From Ginglymostoma cirratum (taxonomy: Eukaryota), in contig JAHRHZ010000018.1 of assembly GCA_024137785.1 (NCBI GenBank), positions 52,149,260-52,213,259 of the forward strand: 64,000 nt of DNA, written 5' to 3'. Positions 25,620 to 38,118 of the stretch are shown one piece after another; positions within the stretch are counted from its first letter, which is position 1, and the number at the start of each line of letters is the position of its first letter. Made by a program: the position numbers and the translations under genes. Below the pieces are notes generated by a model. It ran no database searches, had not been told where the DNA came from, and was given only the letters and a program-made list of their open reading frames with translations.

Positions 25620-25990
25620 TTGAGCACCGACCTACAGAACCTCCACTACTGGTGCTGCGGAGCAGCAGTATATACGATCTACAAAATGGACTGCATGAAC
25701 TTATCAAGTCTCCTTCAATAGCACCTTTCAAACTTAGCGCCTCATATCACAGTGGAGATCAAGGACAGCAGACGTGCGAGAACGTCACCATCTACAAAGT
25801 CCCCACCAAATCACAAATATTCCACCTTGGAAATAAATTGCCATTTCTTCTATGTTAAATTCCAGAACTCCCTCCCTCTACACACAGATTCCAGTGGTTC
25901 ATAAATACAACACCCCACTACCCTCTCAAGAATAAACAGCAATCAGCCGTTATTACAGATCTTGCAAACTCGCATGTCATGATCACACCA
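25620..25990 (+). mobile_element. degraded LINE 3' fragment related to 19810-20306
   Basis: Shares order and sequence blocks (ATCTACAAAATGGACTGCA, AAGGACAGCAGAC, CACCATCTACAAAGTCCCC) with 19960-20300. Confidence 0.55.
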
Positions 25991-27988
25991 AAATAAAAAC
26001 AATTGGACCAAAATATTAATCAGTATATTCTCTTTATTCCAAAAGAACTCAACTTACCAAAGTAGTACATTTTGCTGTTGAATTATAAATAGTAACATAA
26101 AATGAAAGTACTACACAAATTAAAGATTATAAGTAACTGAATTATCTCTTCACATCCATAATTGAATTGCTATGGATTTGGCATAAATTTTACTTTTTCC
26201 TTAGAATCCTATGTTGCCTGAAAACTACTCTTGATCTCGTCTCCCATTACAACACCATAGGAGATCATCTACTATGATTATTGTGCATGTATCTTTCTGC
26301 TCCCTTCTTGTAAGAGCATGACGAGAAGGAAGTTAAAATTGCTAAAATAAACCATGAATTCAAATAACATTCACCAATTGACTAAGCTTTCCTCTTGGAT
26401 TTATTATGTCACCGGAACCCCTTATCAAATTAGTGTGCTCCAATTCCCTCACTGGTAGGTATTATTGTGTGTGGGATTGGCATTGGCAAGTGGATGGGAT
26501 GTGAAGTGCTTGCTTTTAAACATACTGCAGAATCAAAACAAAATTTAGAAAATAAATCACTGTGTCAATGTCATCATAATTATCATTGCATAGTTTATTT
26601 AACCAGCTTTTCATTTATGCGTTCTGAAGCAGCCAATGAAAACATTAAGAACAAGGACTATTAATCATGAGACCAAAGGACCATTCATTTAAGCACTGAT
26701 CAACGAAATATTGCTTTCAGGTCAATGATATGCAATCTAGCCTTGCACAGCTGTAGAGAGGTACTACTCGCAAATCTCATTGCCCAGGTAGTTTAGGAAT
26801 AGAATTTGCACACCTTTTCTAATCCTAAATACCAGCCTCGCAGACAATAAGGATCACAGCCATCATCCCCTATCTCCTTTATGGCTATTCAAATGCTGAA
26901 AAATTCAAAGGACAAAAAGTGAGTAACAATATGGATTTTTAAACAGTGAAGGAGAGAGACATTTGTGTTTTTGAATACAGATTTAACTAGAAAATATGAT
27001 TTTTTTAAAAAAGGGGTTCTAAATTTTCGAAAGGAATAACGTTTCATAATTTGCACTCTTGACACTTCCATGTTTGTACCTAGAAAACTCTAAGCAACTG
27101 TTTGCATATTATTTATACATTGTTCTCTACAGCTTGACAAGGAATAGACTTATGAAATCTAAAGGAAGAATTTACATGAATATACAACTACAGTTAGATG
27201 GATGGCTGACAAGCTTTTACTACTGAACATGGAAAATATCAAAATAGTCAGCCTTATTTCAACTTCCTTCTTGTGGTTTGTTTTGTCTGCTCCCTCACTG
27301 AAGGATTCCGAGCAGAGCGAAGTAAGGATGATGGTTGGATTGGTATTACCACATCTATGTGGTAATGCCAATACAACCATTTAAATGAGGCAGCTGATAT
27401 GCTTGCTGATTTTCTACAGTGACCATACAACCATACAGCAGAGATTATTAACATGTGGACCCTTGAGCAAACTCTGGTGAAGAAAAAAAAACACTAATCA
27501 CCACAAGTTACACAATCTTCAGAAAGGCCAGACCTGGAGTTTTGTGGCTCGGCAGCATTTCTAACCTCAGCAACAATACCACAACTGTGCACTGCAATTC
27601 CTCAGCCAGTCTCAACAAACCACCAGTATGCTACAGTTTTGGTTGTTTTGACATCACACAGACTTTTCTAAAAAATGTCATATTATGTATGGGGTTAAAT
27701 GTCATAAACAGTAGCTCAGTTAGCACATAATACTATTCTGAAACATTGGCTTTGTAAAACAAATTCTTAAAGAATGTTTCATTTCAAAAGTAACTTTTTG
27801 TTTTGATTTTCCACTTCAAAAAGTGAAACCAAATCATCCATGGACTGAATCCAAGAGCTGCACAGGGGCCCTCTCTCTCCAACGTCAGCATATGGGTGAA
27901 GTAATGGCTCATATGAAAATAGCTAAATGAAATGGGTTCTCTGAGAAGAAGAAAAATCTCAGGTGTCAAATACAGGTAAAAGCACACT

Positions 27989-28115
27989 AGAATAGGAACA
28001 AGTCATTCAGCTCCTCATGCCTAATTATACCATGGCTGGTCTATACCTGAAATTCATCTCCCTTGATTCTATATCCCTTTAACATCCTGACTTAACAAAA
28101 GCCTATTGCTTTCAG
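27989..28115 (-). mobile_element. CR1 3' end relic
   Basis: ATAGGAACAAGTCATTCAGCTCCTC...CCATGGCTGGTCT resembles the reverse complement of a CR1 tail. Confidence 0.55.
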
Positions 28116-31100
28116 CTCTCTCTCAGACTGCTAGAGATGCCAAGCTGAGGTAAATAAAGCTGATGTGGGTGACAACAATACTATTCTTATGCGGATGAGA
28201 TGAATTCCCCATTCACCGTGAACCTCACACAATTACCCACAATAACAATGGTTCTCTACCATTAACCAGCTGGAACGTCCATACTCTATAATATCTTCTA
28301 AATACTGACACCGCCTTCTTAGCACATCTAAACATGTGACTGGAAAGTACTCATAACAAAATGTAACATTCAACCACACTTAAGTTTCCAAAGCTCAGTA
28401 AGATTCTCGAAGTAACTGTAGTGAAGAGTTTAGTGCAGCTTTTCATTCAGTTTAAACCCCAAAGTCATCTCAACACACCTGACACTGAGGTGTCGGTTAA
28501 CCTGCCCAGAAGTATGAAGATCATTCTAGTGTTTAATATATCAAAACATATTTACTTTTCAATGATTTTCAGGAAGAGAAAATGGTAATATACAATAATA
28601 GAATCAAAAGCATACAGGAACAAAAAACTATTCCAGTAAATGTTTCTGTGCACCTAGGGTATTCCATTCACAAGTCCAATAGAAAGTGACAAGCAATTAG
28701 TTTTAATGAGAGAGGTGTGGAAGAAAGTAGCATAAATTGAATATTCCCATTTGTCACATACAGCACACGTTAGCAATACCAGCAGCAACACAAGAGGCCA
28801 GCCAAGGAGTTGTTGGGTCTTGCAGGTACTGCTGAGGCAGCCTAAAAGCAGGTGTCTGACCTACAATCATTCAGCAACTACAGTAACAGGGTGAGCTGAG
28901 TTCAGGTTGGACAAACATTTTAACCACATTAATTCATACACCACTCCCTTCCCTTCTAATGCTGCAGGCTCCACCTTTTTCTTTAATCTTTCAATCAGCT
29001 CTGCATACAGGTGCTTGTAATTCTGCACTGCACTGATGAGCATTCATAATGCATACACACATGATACAGGTAGTGGGTGTAGATGGCCTTAGCACAACCA
29101 AAGAGATGCACATAAGCAGCAACAATTTTCTTTCCTAGAACATTCCACTCTCATAAAAGCTTTATTTTGTATGTTTCTAATTTCTACAGGTTACCTTACA
29201 TTTTTCTATTTAAGGAGAACTTGATTTACAAATTTAGTTGCTGCATTTCAATACAAATTTTGACAGCATATTAGAAGTTGAAATATAGATTATTTATTCA
29301 GGAAACAATTTTAGACCTAAATATAGACTGTTCAGCTGCAGTGCTTTAAGCCTTCAGAAATCAAGACTAAACATTTTCTGCAGGTCCCTTAAATAACAGA
29401 GCGAATAGTAAGAAAAAGATTGAAGTATTTGAAATAATCTCTTTCACTCTCTTATTTAACAGAGGGTGTAGTCATTCAAAAATAAATGTTAATTTTCCAC
29501 TACAGTTGGAGAAGGAAGAAGTTTTGTGCAAAGCATTAAGCACAACATTAATCTCATTTTTTCATCATGAAGGTGCAATTTGGTAGTGGATGGAATGGTT
29601 TTGCAAAACTCTGAACAGAAATTCAGTATTTTTTGATAACCTATAATCATTCTTGGAGAAAAACCTCCATAACACACTTAGCAGGCAGTTAGAGCTTTTT
29701 TTTTGCCCAAAAAAGTTTTATCGAATCAAGTACCTTTATTAACTATTCCATGCAGAATTGAGTATGAAAGAAAGACACATGGGTGTATTATGAATTAATA
29801 CAAGTCAGAGTTAAGAGGATAATATTCCACTTTAGGAAAAGAATTGTATTCTCGATTTAAAAAAAAAGTCATGCCCTGGGACTAAATATTTGTGACGGAG
29901 AATTGCCATGGAAGCAAGGTACATTCTGACTTAGCATATATATGCTAAGTCCTAGTCTGTGGAAAGAATCATTTAACATAATCATGACTTCTGACTGATC
30001 AGGTATTGCAGATGCAAAACAATTTTAAACGAATGCATGATTCAGTGTAAGGAATGGAATGGAGATGATATTGATCAACTCAGATTTCAACATTAGTAAC
30101 TTCAAAAGAACAAAATAATTATACTAATAACTATTAGTAGACAAATATTTATCTTCTATCTTTAAAAGAACTTGGTTTAAATAGTTGGGTATTGGACAAA
30201 AGCCAAAAAGAATTGAATTGCAGCCTGAATAACTTTGACTTCAGTTCTTGCCTGTGCTGTTAAATTAAGAAGACTGCATTGTCAACTGGGGAAGGTGTTG
30301 CTGCTTGAATGGGGAAAGATGTGCAGGGAGAACAGAGGAAAGAAGAGCAAAGTAGCATGGCTTGTCTGATATCACAGCACCATAATTAACAGGGCATAAG
30401 AAAGCCATATTACTCATTGTTGCAATGTGAAAAGCATCAAAAATATCACCACAGGAAAGCAGGGAACAGTGCTGTAACCATAAAATAAAGGAATTTAACA
30501 GGACATTTCTTATCGTGATCTTAAATAATCTGATCAAGTTTACACTGTATGCTACAGACATTTATAAATTAGAATGTTTCACAAGTGAACTTATGGAAAA
30601 TGATGATGTAGAGTGGGGCCAGAGAGAGAAAGAACAAGAAGGGAGGAGGGCATAGCAGGGGTAGAGGAAGTGGTACAGGGATGGAAAGAACAAGGAGTGA
30701 CAAAAGGTGGAACAGAGTCAGGGGTCACAGATGGGAAACAAGGGTAAACAGAAAGGAGGCCAGGGACAGTGGGGTCAGAGACATGCAGTGGTGGTGGTTT
30801 GGGGTTGATGAGAAGACAGACCGAAGTGAGTGGAGGAAGATCATAGAGAGAACTTATGTCAGAGACAAGGGCAAAGGGATTCTGAGATTCAGAAAAAGAG
30901 ATGTTTCCAACTTTTTTTTTTAAAATGGACAACGATCACTCAGCTGGGTACTGTTGTGAATTTGTGTCAGATGGATTTTCCCTGAAATCTGGGCAGCACT
31001 GGAAATGGTTTACCTGCCTCAGGTGGAAAATTGGTTTGAACAGAACCATGATAAAGTTAGATAAACCTGAAATATGAGTGACCTTACAGAAGACAGGATA

Positions 31101-34100
31101 AAAGCAGTGTGGAGGGGTTAACTGATTCAGCTTCGATCTTGAAATTGAACTGATCCATTCAGAAGAACACAGTTCTGTTAAACTGATTGCTCTTTTTCTG
31201 CATAACTACCATTTAAAGCAGTTCTCCTTCCACATTTCAAACACCTGCATAAATCCCTGTAGACAAAGCTCCATGAGTAAGATTGCATGTACTCGCACAA
31301 ATAAATTGAAAGAGCCAAGTATGTTTGTCCCACAAAACAAACAGAAAATTTCAAAAAAGCAAAATCAATGTTTTAACACCAGAACTCATTTTATTTCTAA
31401 AAAGTATTCAAAATTTTCCTGTGCATTTCAACTTTTCCAACTTACTTACAATCACTATTCCTCCCCAAAAGAATTATTATGATCCATCCTTTAAATCTAT
31501 TCTTAAAGAATAAAACTCTGCCTACGCACTCCTTTAACCACCAAAAAAAGTCAATTTGGAATAAGTTTAACATAGGCTCAACGTAAATACTATATTAAAT
31601 CTTGAAAACCCCTCCCTATAGAAATAGAGCTTTATGACCAAGCTGCTACACTTCCCATTCGAATAGGAAGTGGAACCACTAGTTTCAGTCTGCTGGCAGG
31701 CCTGCGATGTCACCTGCACATTTAAATTACCATACAAGTTGTCAATCACTTCCTCCAGTTAAGTAAACAAACATTACCTACAAATCTGAAAATAGAGCAC
31801 CAACAGGTCCACACTGGTGTCCGAGGCAGGCAAACTTTTAGTTTTAAAACAGCAAATGAATTGAAAAAGCAGGGGATGGCAATAATTTGTACTCACTTTT
31901 CCAGCTTGTGTACAGGCTTTCTAAAGCACCCTCCCGTCTGAAAGGATTTGACATTCTAAGTACAGTAGAAAACGTCAACATAAGAAACGCAAAAGTCTTG
32001 GTCAGAAGAACAAAAAGCACTTTAATATTAGAAAACAAATAAAAAAAACTCTAACACATATTACGTAGCTTAATGTTTTACCTTGAAGAGGTCAACCAAT
32101 TTAAATTATCAAATTATTGAGCATAAACATGTTTTGACCTGCTCTCCTTGCAATGCGATCCCATAACACATTTTATTTAAAGAGAAAACAAAGAATCTCA
32201 ACAACTTGTTTGGAATTTGGTAGTATGGGTATAACATAAAATGTACCAAAAAAAAAAATCAGTCTTATGTAACAAATAGCATCAGCTAAAGTTTTCGCAA
32301 AACTGTGAATAGAAATTTTCACATTAATCAGTTTGAATCAACTAATTTGTTGCAGTCAAGGAGAACGAACGGAGGTCACTAATTTGCCTCAATTGTTATG
32401 GTGGAAAGCTCCATTACTCATTCATCACGTTTGCAAACTATTCTATTGCTCTATTATATACAAGAATGGTATTGGTGGAATCCCAAAGTAACCCAACTAA
32501 ACCCACATCATTAATGGTCAAAGTGATTTGTTATCACTCAGATCGGATTAGGAGGCATCATATTTACCATCTGTAAAATTTTTATGCAAATCAGAGTACA
32601 AAGGCAACAAATGAAGCAACACATAATAAATACAAAAATTTGCAGGATTTGTCACATGGCATTAAAAACACTAGGTCCAATGAGAAATATAGTTTTCACG
32701 AAAGCGAACAGAAAATGTAAATCCAATGATCATTATCATTGGAGATCAGACACATTAATTTGATATGCTGAGCCATACACTTTTTTTTCCAAAGCCCTGT
32801 GAGGGTCATGAGGCTCCTAGTTTCAACCTCCTCTTCTGAAACTGACATTTCAATCCACAATCTTCAAGAAGTTTTAATTCTGAGTCCTAGCTACGCAAGT
32901 CTAAACCTGTGTTTCTGCTGCCACTCTCCCTCACTTTTAACAACGCTTCCAACCCTTGTTGCACCATGATGCTCATCTCACCAGGGATTGCTGGCAACTG
33001 AAGGTAAAACTGCACTGAAAAGACCATTAGGTAATTTGGAATAAAGGGTCACTTTGCCACAGCTTCAAATGGAAAATCAGGCAATGTCCATTACAAGCAA
33101 GTTATTTTCTACGCATATTTTTCCCTTCAGCCAGGCAATCCCTTACCTACTGCCCAACCATCACTCCTGCCACATGAATAAAAAGAAAAAAATCTGTCCT
33201 TGTGAGCTCTTGCCACGTAAAGGTCAGAGCAGTTTTGTGCTTTGCCACATTGAGTAAAGAGACTGCAATAGCGTACTGCACCACTAGGAAAGTTCCTAGT
33301 ATGTCTTGAGTTGAGTTATCTCCTCTATCAGAGGGGGAGTTAATGTAATATCCACATCACCTTGTGATCTACAGAGGGAAGGAGTATAACGAGTCAGGAT
33401 TCTCAATCCTGATCACTAAACAGTGACCTCTGCTCAGAAATGAATGTTTGCATGGGCAGAATTGGGTTTTGCTGTGGTATTCCATGAAGATCATATAGCC
33501 AGCAAACACTCACCATCTAGGCTTCTACAGGAGGAACGGCCACTTGGGCAAGGCACCTAAGGGCTTCATGAATCACTCCCAGTATGAGTATCTGCCGCCA
33601 GGGGAGAAAACTGGGAAAAAGAAAAGAAGTTTTGAATCAAGCCTAAATAGCCACAAGTCCTCACCTTCCCCGTCAGGATGGGCTGGTCACATTAATACAC
33701 TAAACAAAACAGCAAAGTTAGAATAACGTTTAGATCTGAACTTTACTCAGCTCGAGTAAAGCAGGTGCCTCTGGCAATATTATTCTTGGTAACACAAGTA
33801 GACATTTCAAGAGGTTTGGATTAAAACTCTCCCATGGTGCTGAGCACACTGGTGACATTGTAGCAGTAGCCAGATAAACAGGTTTTCTGCTTAATCTGCT
33901 GCCAGAAAATATTTTATAGTAACTCCTCGGTGCAGCCGTCTGCTCTATACCATGACATAACAGAACACGCACCATTCTTTATGAATACAAAAACCAGAAG
34001 ATATCCCCAACCATTACATGATGAACATGAAAGTACAGGTGAGGTAGAATTTCCATCACAGCCTAATATAGACACTTTGTATCACGCATATAAACTTTAT

Positions 34101-36051
34101 GCAAAAATAAGAAAATGGAGGTCAACAATACAAAAGTCCATTCAGCTGCCTTCAGTGGAATACAACAGGTCAGTTGAGCATATCCCTACCTTGGGACCAA
34201 GTTCAGCCCCCTTAACCCCTGTTCAATTAATGGTTAGCATACTGTATATTAGGACATAATTCATCATGCATGAAGTTTCCCTTCTAATTATATTTAAGGC
34301 TTCTGGTTTTAGATTTGTTCACTGGTTCTTTCTTCCAATTTACGCAAAAATTGTTTCTTCATATCTACACCTCAATTCCTTTTTTCATTTAAATGTGGGT
34401 GATATTTTTCCCCCAAAATAATCATCTGGCCAACATGAACCAAAAGTTTTCAAGTGTCATTTGTCACAACTTTCCAACTAAAGACTTCAGAGCCATTTTA
34501 CGACTCCTTCCTAATGTTACCATATCACATATAATAATGAATAACTTGACTTGCAGATTTAATTTCAGTGTTAGCAGATAATGAAAATTTTTTACTAAAC
34601 AATGCAGGGTGCTAGCCAACTATGACAGCATAGACTTCAATAAATCACAAATCAGAAAGATGGAGTAGGAAATACATGGAGTCCTTCCCTACCTGTAATT
34701 AACAAAAAAAAGGACAAAAAAATTTCACACAATGGTGTTTCAATCCCTTGCTAAATAGACAGCCAATTCATGTTCACAGAAGTAACTATTTCACGTTTGC
34801 CACTAAAATGCAACCAAAAATGTTTTCCAATCATCAATTAACATTTATAGAAAGCAGGGTGCAGGAATATGAAAATACAAACAAAATACAAAAGAGAATG
34901 AAGATTAAGATTGTAATTCAGGCCAGAGGAACTGTGAGAAACATGAAAGTACACACATGTCCATTGCAGTGGTAAAACATTCCATACAGTGGATAGGTCC
35001 AGCATTGCAACCAGAACCTATCTTGAATATAAAATTTAACACAAATTCTTGTTTCTGGAAAAAACATGTGAAACACAGTAAAATTTCATTCACCCCTAAC
35101 AGAAAAGAAAGATATAATTATTTCAAGCAAAAGTAGAAGTTCCCTGAAAAGTGAACGACGGTTATGAATAATGAAATATGTTTTTTAAAAAAAGGAACAT
35201 TACTGAAACATCACGTAATATATTACAGTTCTCTATTTTCATTTTATTAATCAATTCATTAATACAGTTTCCACTACTGACTACATTAAGATCTGAAAGC
35301 TAGCATTAGGGGTATCTGATTCAGGGTTAGCAGCAGGTGAGCAGAATTTCAAAGCATTGGAAAGAAAGGCTCATTTTACAATGTTCACAAGAATATCACC
35401 AGATGGAGAGTCACAAAAATGCTTCACTACTACCACCATCTATCACCACAACAGGTTTACCTATCGTGGGCAGAATGGGGAAAGGGGTCAACTGCAACCT
35501 GTGGTGATTGTTAAAAATGACAATTCACGCCAGTTTCACATGTACAATTTGCACAATAATGATTTTGTTTAATTGCTACTGCTAAAAAAAATTCCACATT
35601 AAAACATAAACACAAAATCAACTCCGAAATCCACTCCTCTAGCTCACTGGGCTTACAGGAGCCTCTCAATTTTATGAATTTTACATCCAAACTGACTCCT
35701 TCACTATCATTGTACGAAAGTTAAGAGTGTTGATTGTTCAGTGTCTCAGATTTACAGCAAAGTCTGCCAGTGTGTATCAAATGGTAATTCCCAGATGATA
35801 GAAACTATGGCCCAGAATTTCCAATGGTCAGACAGTCATTATTCCAGTGACGATGGAAGGTGTGCATAGGGACCCTGCAGAATCCCCATCCAAGCGAACT
35901 CTGAAGGAAATGGCTGGGAAATCACAGATTTTGTTAGGCAACTCTTCTTCGCCTGGAACCCTCTGAAATTCTCCATTTAAATCAGAGAATTCAGAGGGTT
36001 CCAATGAAATTAAGTAAATAGATATTCAGGAGAATATCCCGCACATCTCAA

Positions 36052-36843
36052 ATGTCCTCATTCTTCAAGGACCGCAACTTCCCCCCCACAGTGGTCGAGA
36101 ACGCCCTCGACCGTGTCTCCCGCATTTCCCGGAACACATCCCTCACGCCCCGTCCCCGCAACAATAATCAAAAAAGAATCCCCCTCGTCCTCACATACCA
36201 CCCCACCAACCTCCGGATCCAACGCATCATCCTCCGACACTTCCGCCATCTACAGTCAGACCCCACCACCAAAGACATCTTTCCCTCCCCACCCTTATCT
36301 GCCTTCCGGAGGGACCACTCCCTCCGTGACTCCCTTGTCCGCGCCACACTCCCCTCCAGCCCCACCACACCCGGCACTTTTCCTTGTAACCGCAGGAAGT
36401 GCTACACCTGCCCCCACACCTCCTCCCTCACCCCAATCCCAGGCCCCAAGAAGACATTCCACATCAGGCAGAGGTTCACCTGCACATCTGCCAATGTGGT
36501 ATACTGCATCCGCTGTACCCGTTGTGGCTTCCTCTACATCGGGGAAACCAAGCGGAGGCTTGGGGACCGCTTTGCAGAACACCTGCGCTCAGTTCGCAAC
36601 AAACAACTGCACCTCCCAGTCGCGAACCATTTCAACTCCCCTTCCCATTCCTCAGATGACATGTCCATCCTTGGCCTCCTACAATGCCACAGTGATGCCA
36701 CCCGAAGGCTGCAGGAACAGCAAATCATATTCAGCCTGGGAACCCTGCAGCCCAATGGCATCAATGTGGATTTCACAAGCTTCAAAATCTCCCCTCCCCC
36801 AACCGCATCCCAAAACCAGCCCAGCTCATCTCCACCTCCCTAA
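36052..36843 (+). CDS. uninterrupted C-terminal part of the PLE ORF: post-RT region, Cys-rich linker and GIY-YIG endonuclease (start is an internal Met)
   Basis: 263 aa; CNRRKCYTCPH linker; NVVYCIRCTRCGFLYIGETKRRLGDRFAEH GIY-YIG motifs; VANHFN, E and PNGIN motifs; frame open from the truncation point at 36037. Confidence 0.85.
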   Translation: MSSFFKDRNFPPTVVENALDRVSRISRNTSLTPRPRNNNQKRIPLVLTYHPTNLRIQRIILRHFRHLQSDPTTKDIFPSPPLSAFRRDHSLRDSLVRATLPSSPTTPGTFPCNRRKCYTCPHTSSLTPIPGPKKTFHIRQRFTCTSANVVYCIRCTRCGFLYIGETKRRLGDRFAEHLRSVRNKQLHLPVANHFNSPSHSSDDMSILGLLQCHSDATRRLQEQQIIFSLGTLQPNGINVDFTSFKISPPPTASQNQPSSSPPP

Positions 36844-37083
36844 CCTGTTTTTCCTCTCACCTCAAGCCACACCCCCATCTCCTATCTACTAACATCATCC
36901 TGCCCCCTTGACCTGTCCGTCCTCCCTGGACTGACCTATCTCCTCCCTACCCCCCTACCTACACTCACCTTTACTGGCTCCATCCCCGCCTCTTCGACCT
37001 GTCTGCCTCCTCTCCACCTATCCTCTCCTCTATCCGCCTCCCCCTCTCTCCCTATTTATTTCAGAACCCTCTTCCCCTCCCCC

Positions 37084-37119
37084 ATTTCTGATGAAGGGTT
37101 TAGGCCCGAAACGTCAAGT
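37084..37119 (+). ncRNA. minimal type I hammerhead ribozyme motif
   Basis: ATTT-CTGATGA(37088-37094)-A-GGGT TTAG GCCC-GAAAC-GTC(37113-37115)-AAGT. Confidence 0.82.
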
Positions 37120-37897
37120 TTTCCTGCTCCTATGATGCTGCTTGACCTGCTCTGCTCATCCAGCCCCATGCTTGTTGTCTCGGATTCTCCAGCATCTGCA
37201 GTACCTTTTATCTCAGATATTCAGGAGAAGTCAGGTTATTAAACACATGGTCTAACAACCAAGTAACAATTTGAATAAACCCATACTTACCTCACAAACC
37301 CCCAAATACATCTCTATCTCTACAAAACCCCTACATCCACTGGACCTTAACATGACAAAGCCAGGGACCTGACACGCCGACTCCGGATCCAACTCCACGT
37401 CCCTTGCACCACACTCAGCAACTCAGGAGGTGAAATCCCTTTACCTGCCTCAGACCTGGCACCCAATTGCCTGCTGTGGGCCCAACAGTAATCTCTTTAC
37501 CTCGTAAGGGATGATCAAAAATTCAAATTGTCACAAATCTGAAATGATTCTCAACTGTTTCAGCGCATTTTATTATTAAAGTAATCTGAAAAAGATTAAG
37601 TATACAGTGAGCCATCAAAAATCTAAAAAAAAACACCTTCTTAGGCCCTTCGAAACCCAAACACACCCCCTTCTCCAAACCCCTGGAGTCAGCCCCCTAA
37701 CCCAGGACTCCTACTTCCCCCTCTCACAGCCCAATACCCTCACCATCCCTTCCCAGCATCTGATATTACTTCCTCTGCGCCAGATACTCAGTGCCCCACC
37801 CTCCCTCAGAGAACAAAACACCCCTCCCCTTCCCAGATAACAAGGTGTGGAGCTGGATGAACACAGCAGGCCAAGCAGCATCAGAGGAGCAGGAAAG

Positions 37898-37931
37898 CTT
37901 GACGTTTCGGGCCTAGACCCTTCATCAGAAA
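37898..37931 (-). ncRNA. minimal type I hammerhead ribozyme motif
   Basis: Minus strand TTT-CTGATGA-A-GGGT CTAG GCCC-GAAAC-GTC-AAG (37928 to 37901). Confidence 0.8.
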
Positions 37932-38084
37932 TGGAGGAGGGAAGACGGTTCTGAAATAAATAGGAAGAGGGGGGAGGTGGATAGAAGATGGATAGAGGAG
38001 AGGATAGGTGGAGAGGAGGCAGACAAGTCAAAGAGGTGGGGATGGAGCCAGTCGAGCAGTTCAGAACCCTCTTCCCCTCCCCCA

Positions 38085-38118
38085 TTTCTGATGAAGGGTC
38101 TAGGCCCGAAACGTCAAG
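38085..38118 (+). ncRNA. minimal type I hammerhead ribozyme motif
   Basis: TTT-CTGATGA(38088)-A-GGGT CTAG GCCC-GAAAC-GTC(38115)-AAG. Confidence 0.8.

Larger units (their letters stand above)
36035..37214 (+). mobile_element. 5'-truncated Penelope-like retrotransposon (Neptune-type, subfamily A)
   Basis: 15-bp TSD AGATATTCAGGAGAA at 36020-36034 and 37215-37229; GIY-YIG ORF, C/T-rich 3' UTR, hammerhead motif, TATCTC terminus. Confidence 0.95.

Noticed and set aside
30600-30900. purine-rich tract producing 113-aa and 80-aa ORFs
   Set aside because: Low-complexity composition explains the ORFs; no clear periodicity
36113-36892. 259-aa overlapping ORF and other antisense ORFs over the PLE copies
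   Set aside because: Shadow frames of GC-rich PLE coding sequence with no recognisable domain; an overlapping gene is not excluded but is unsupported
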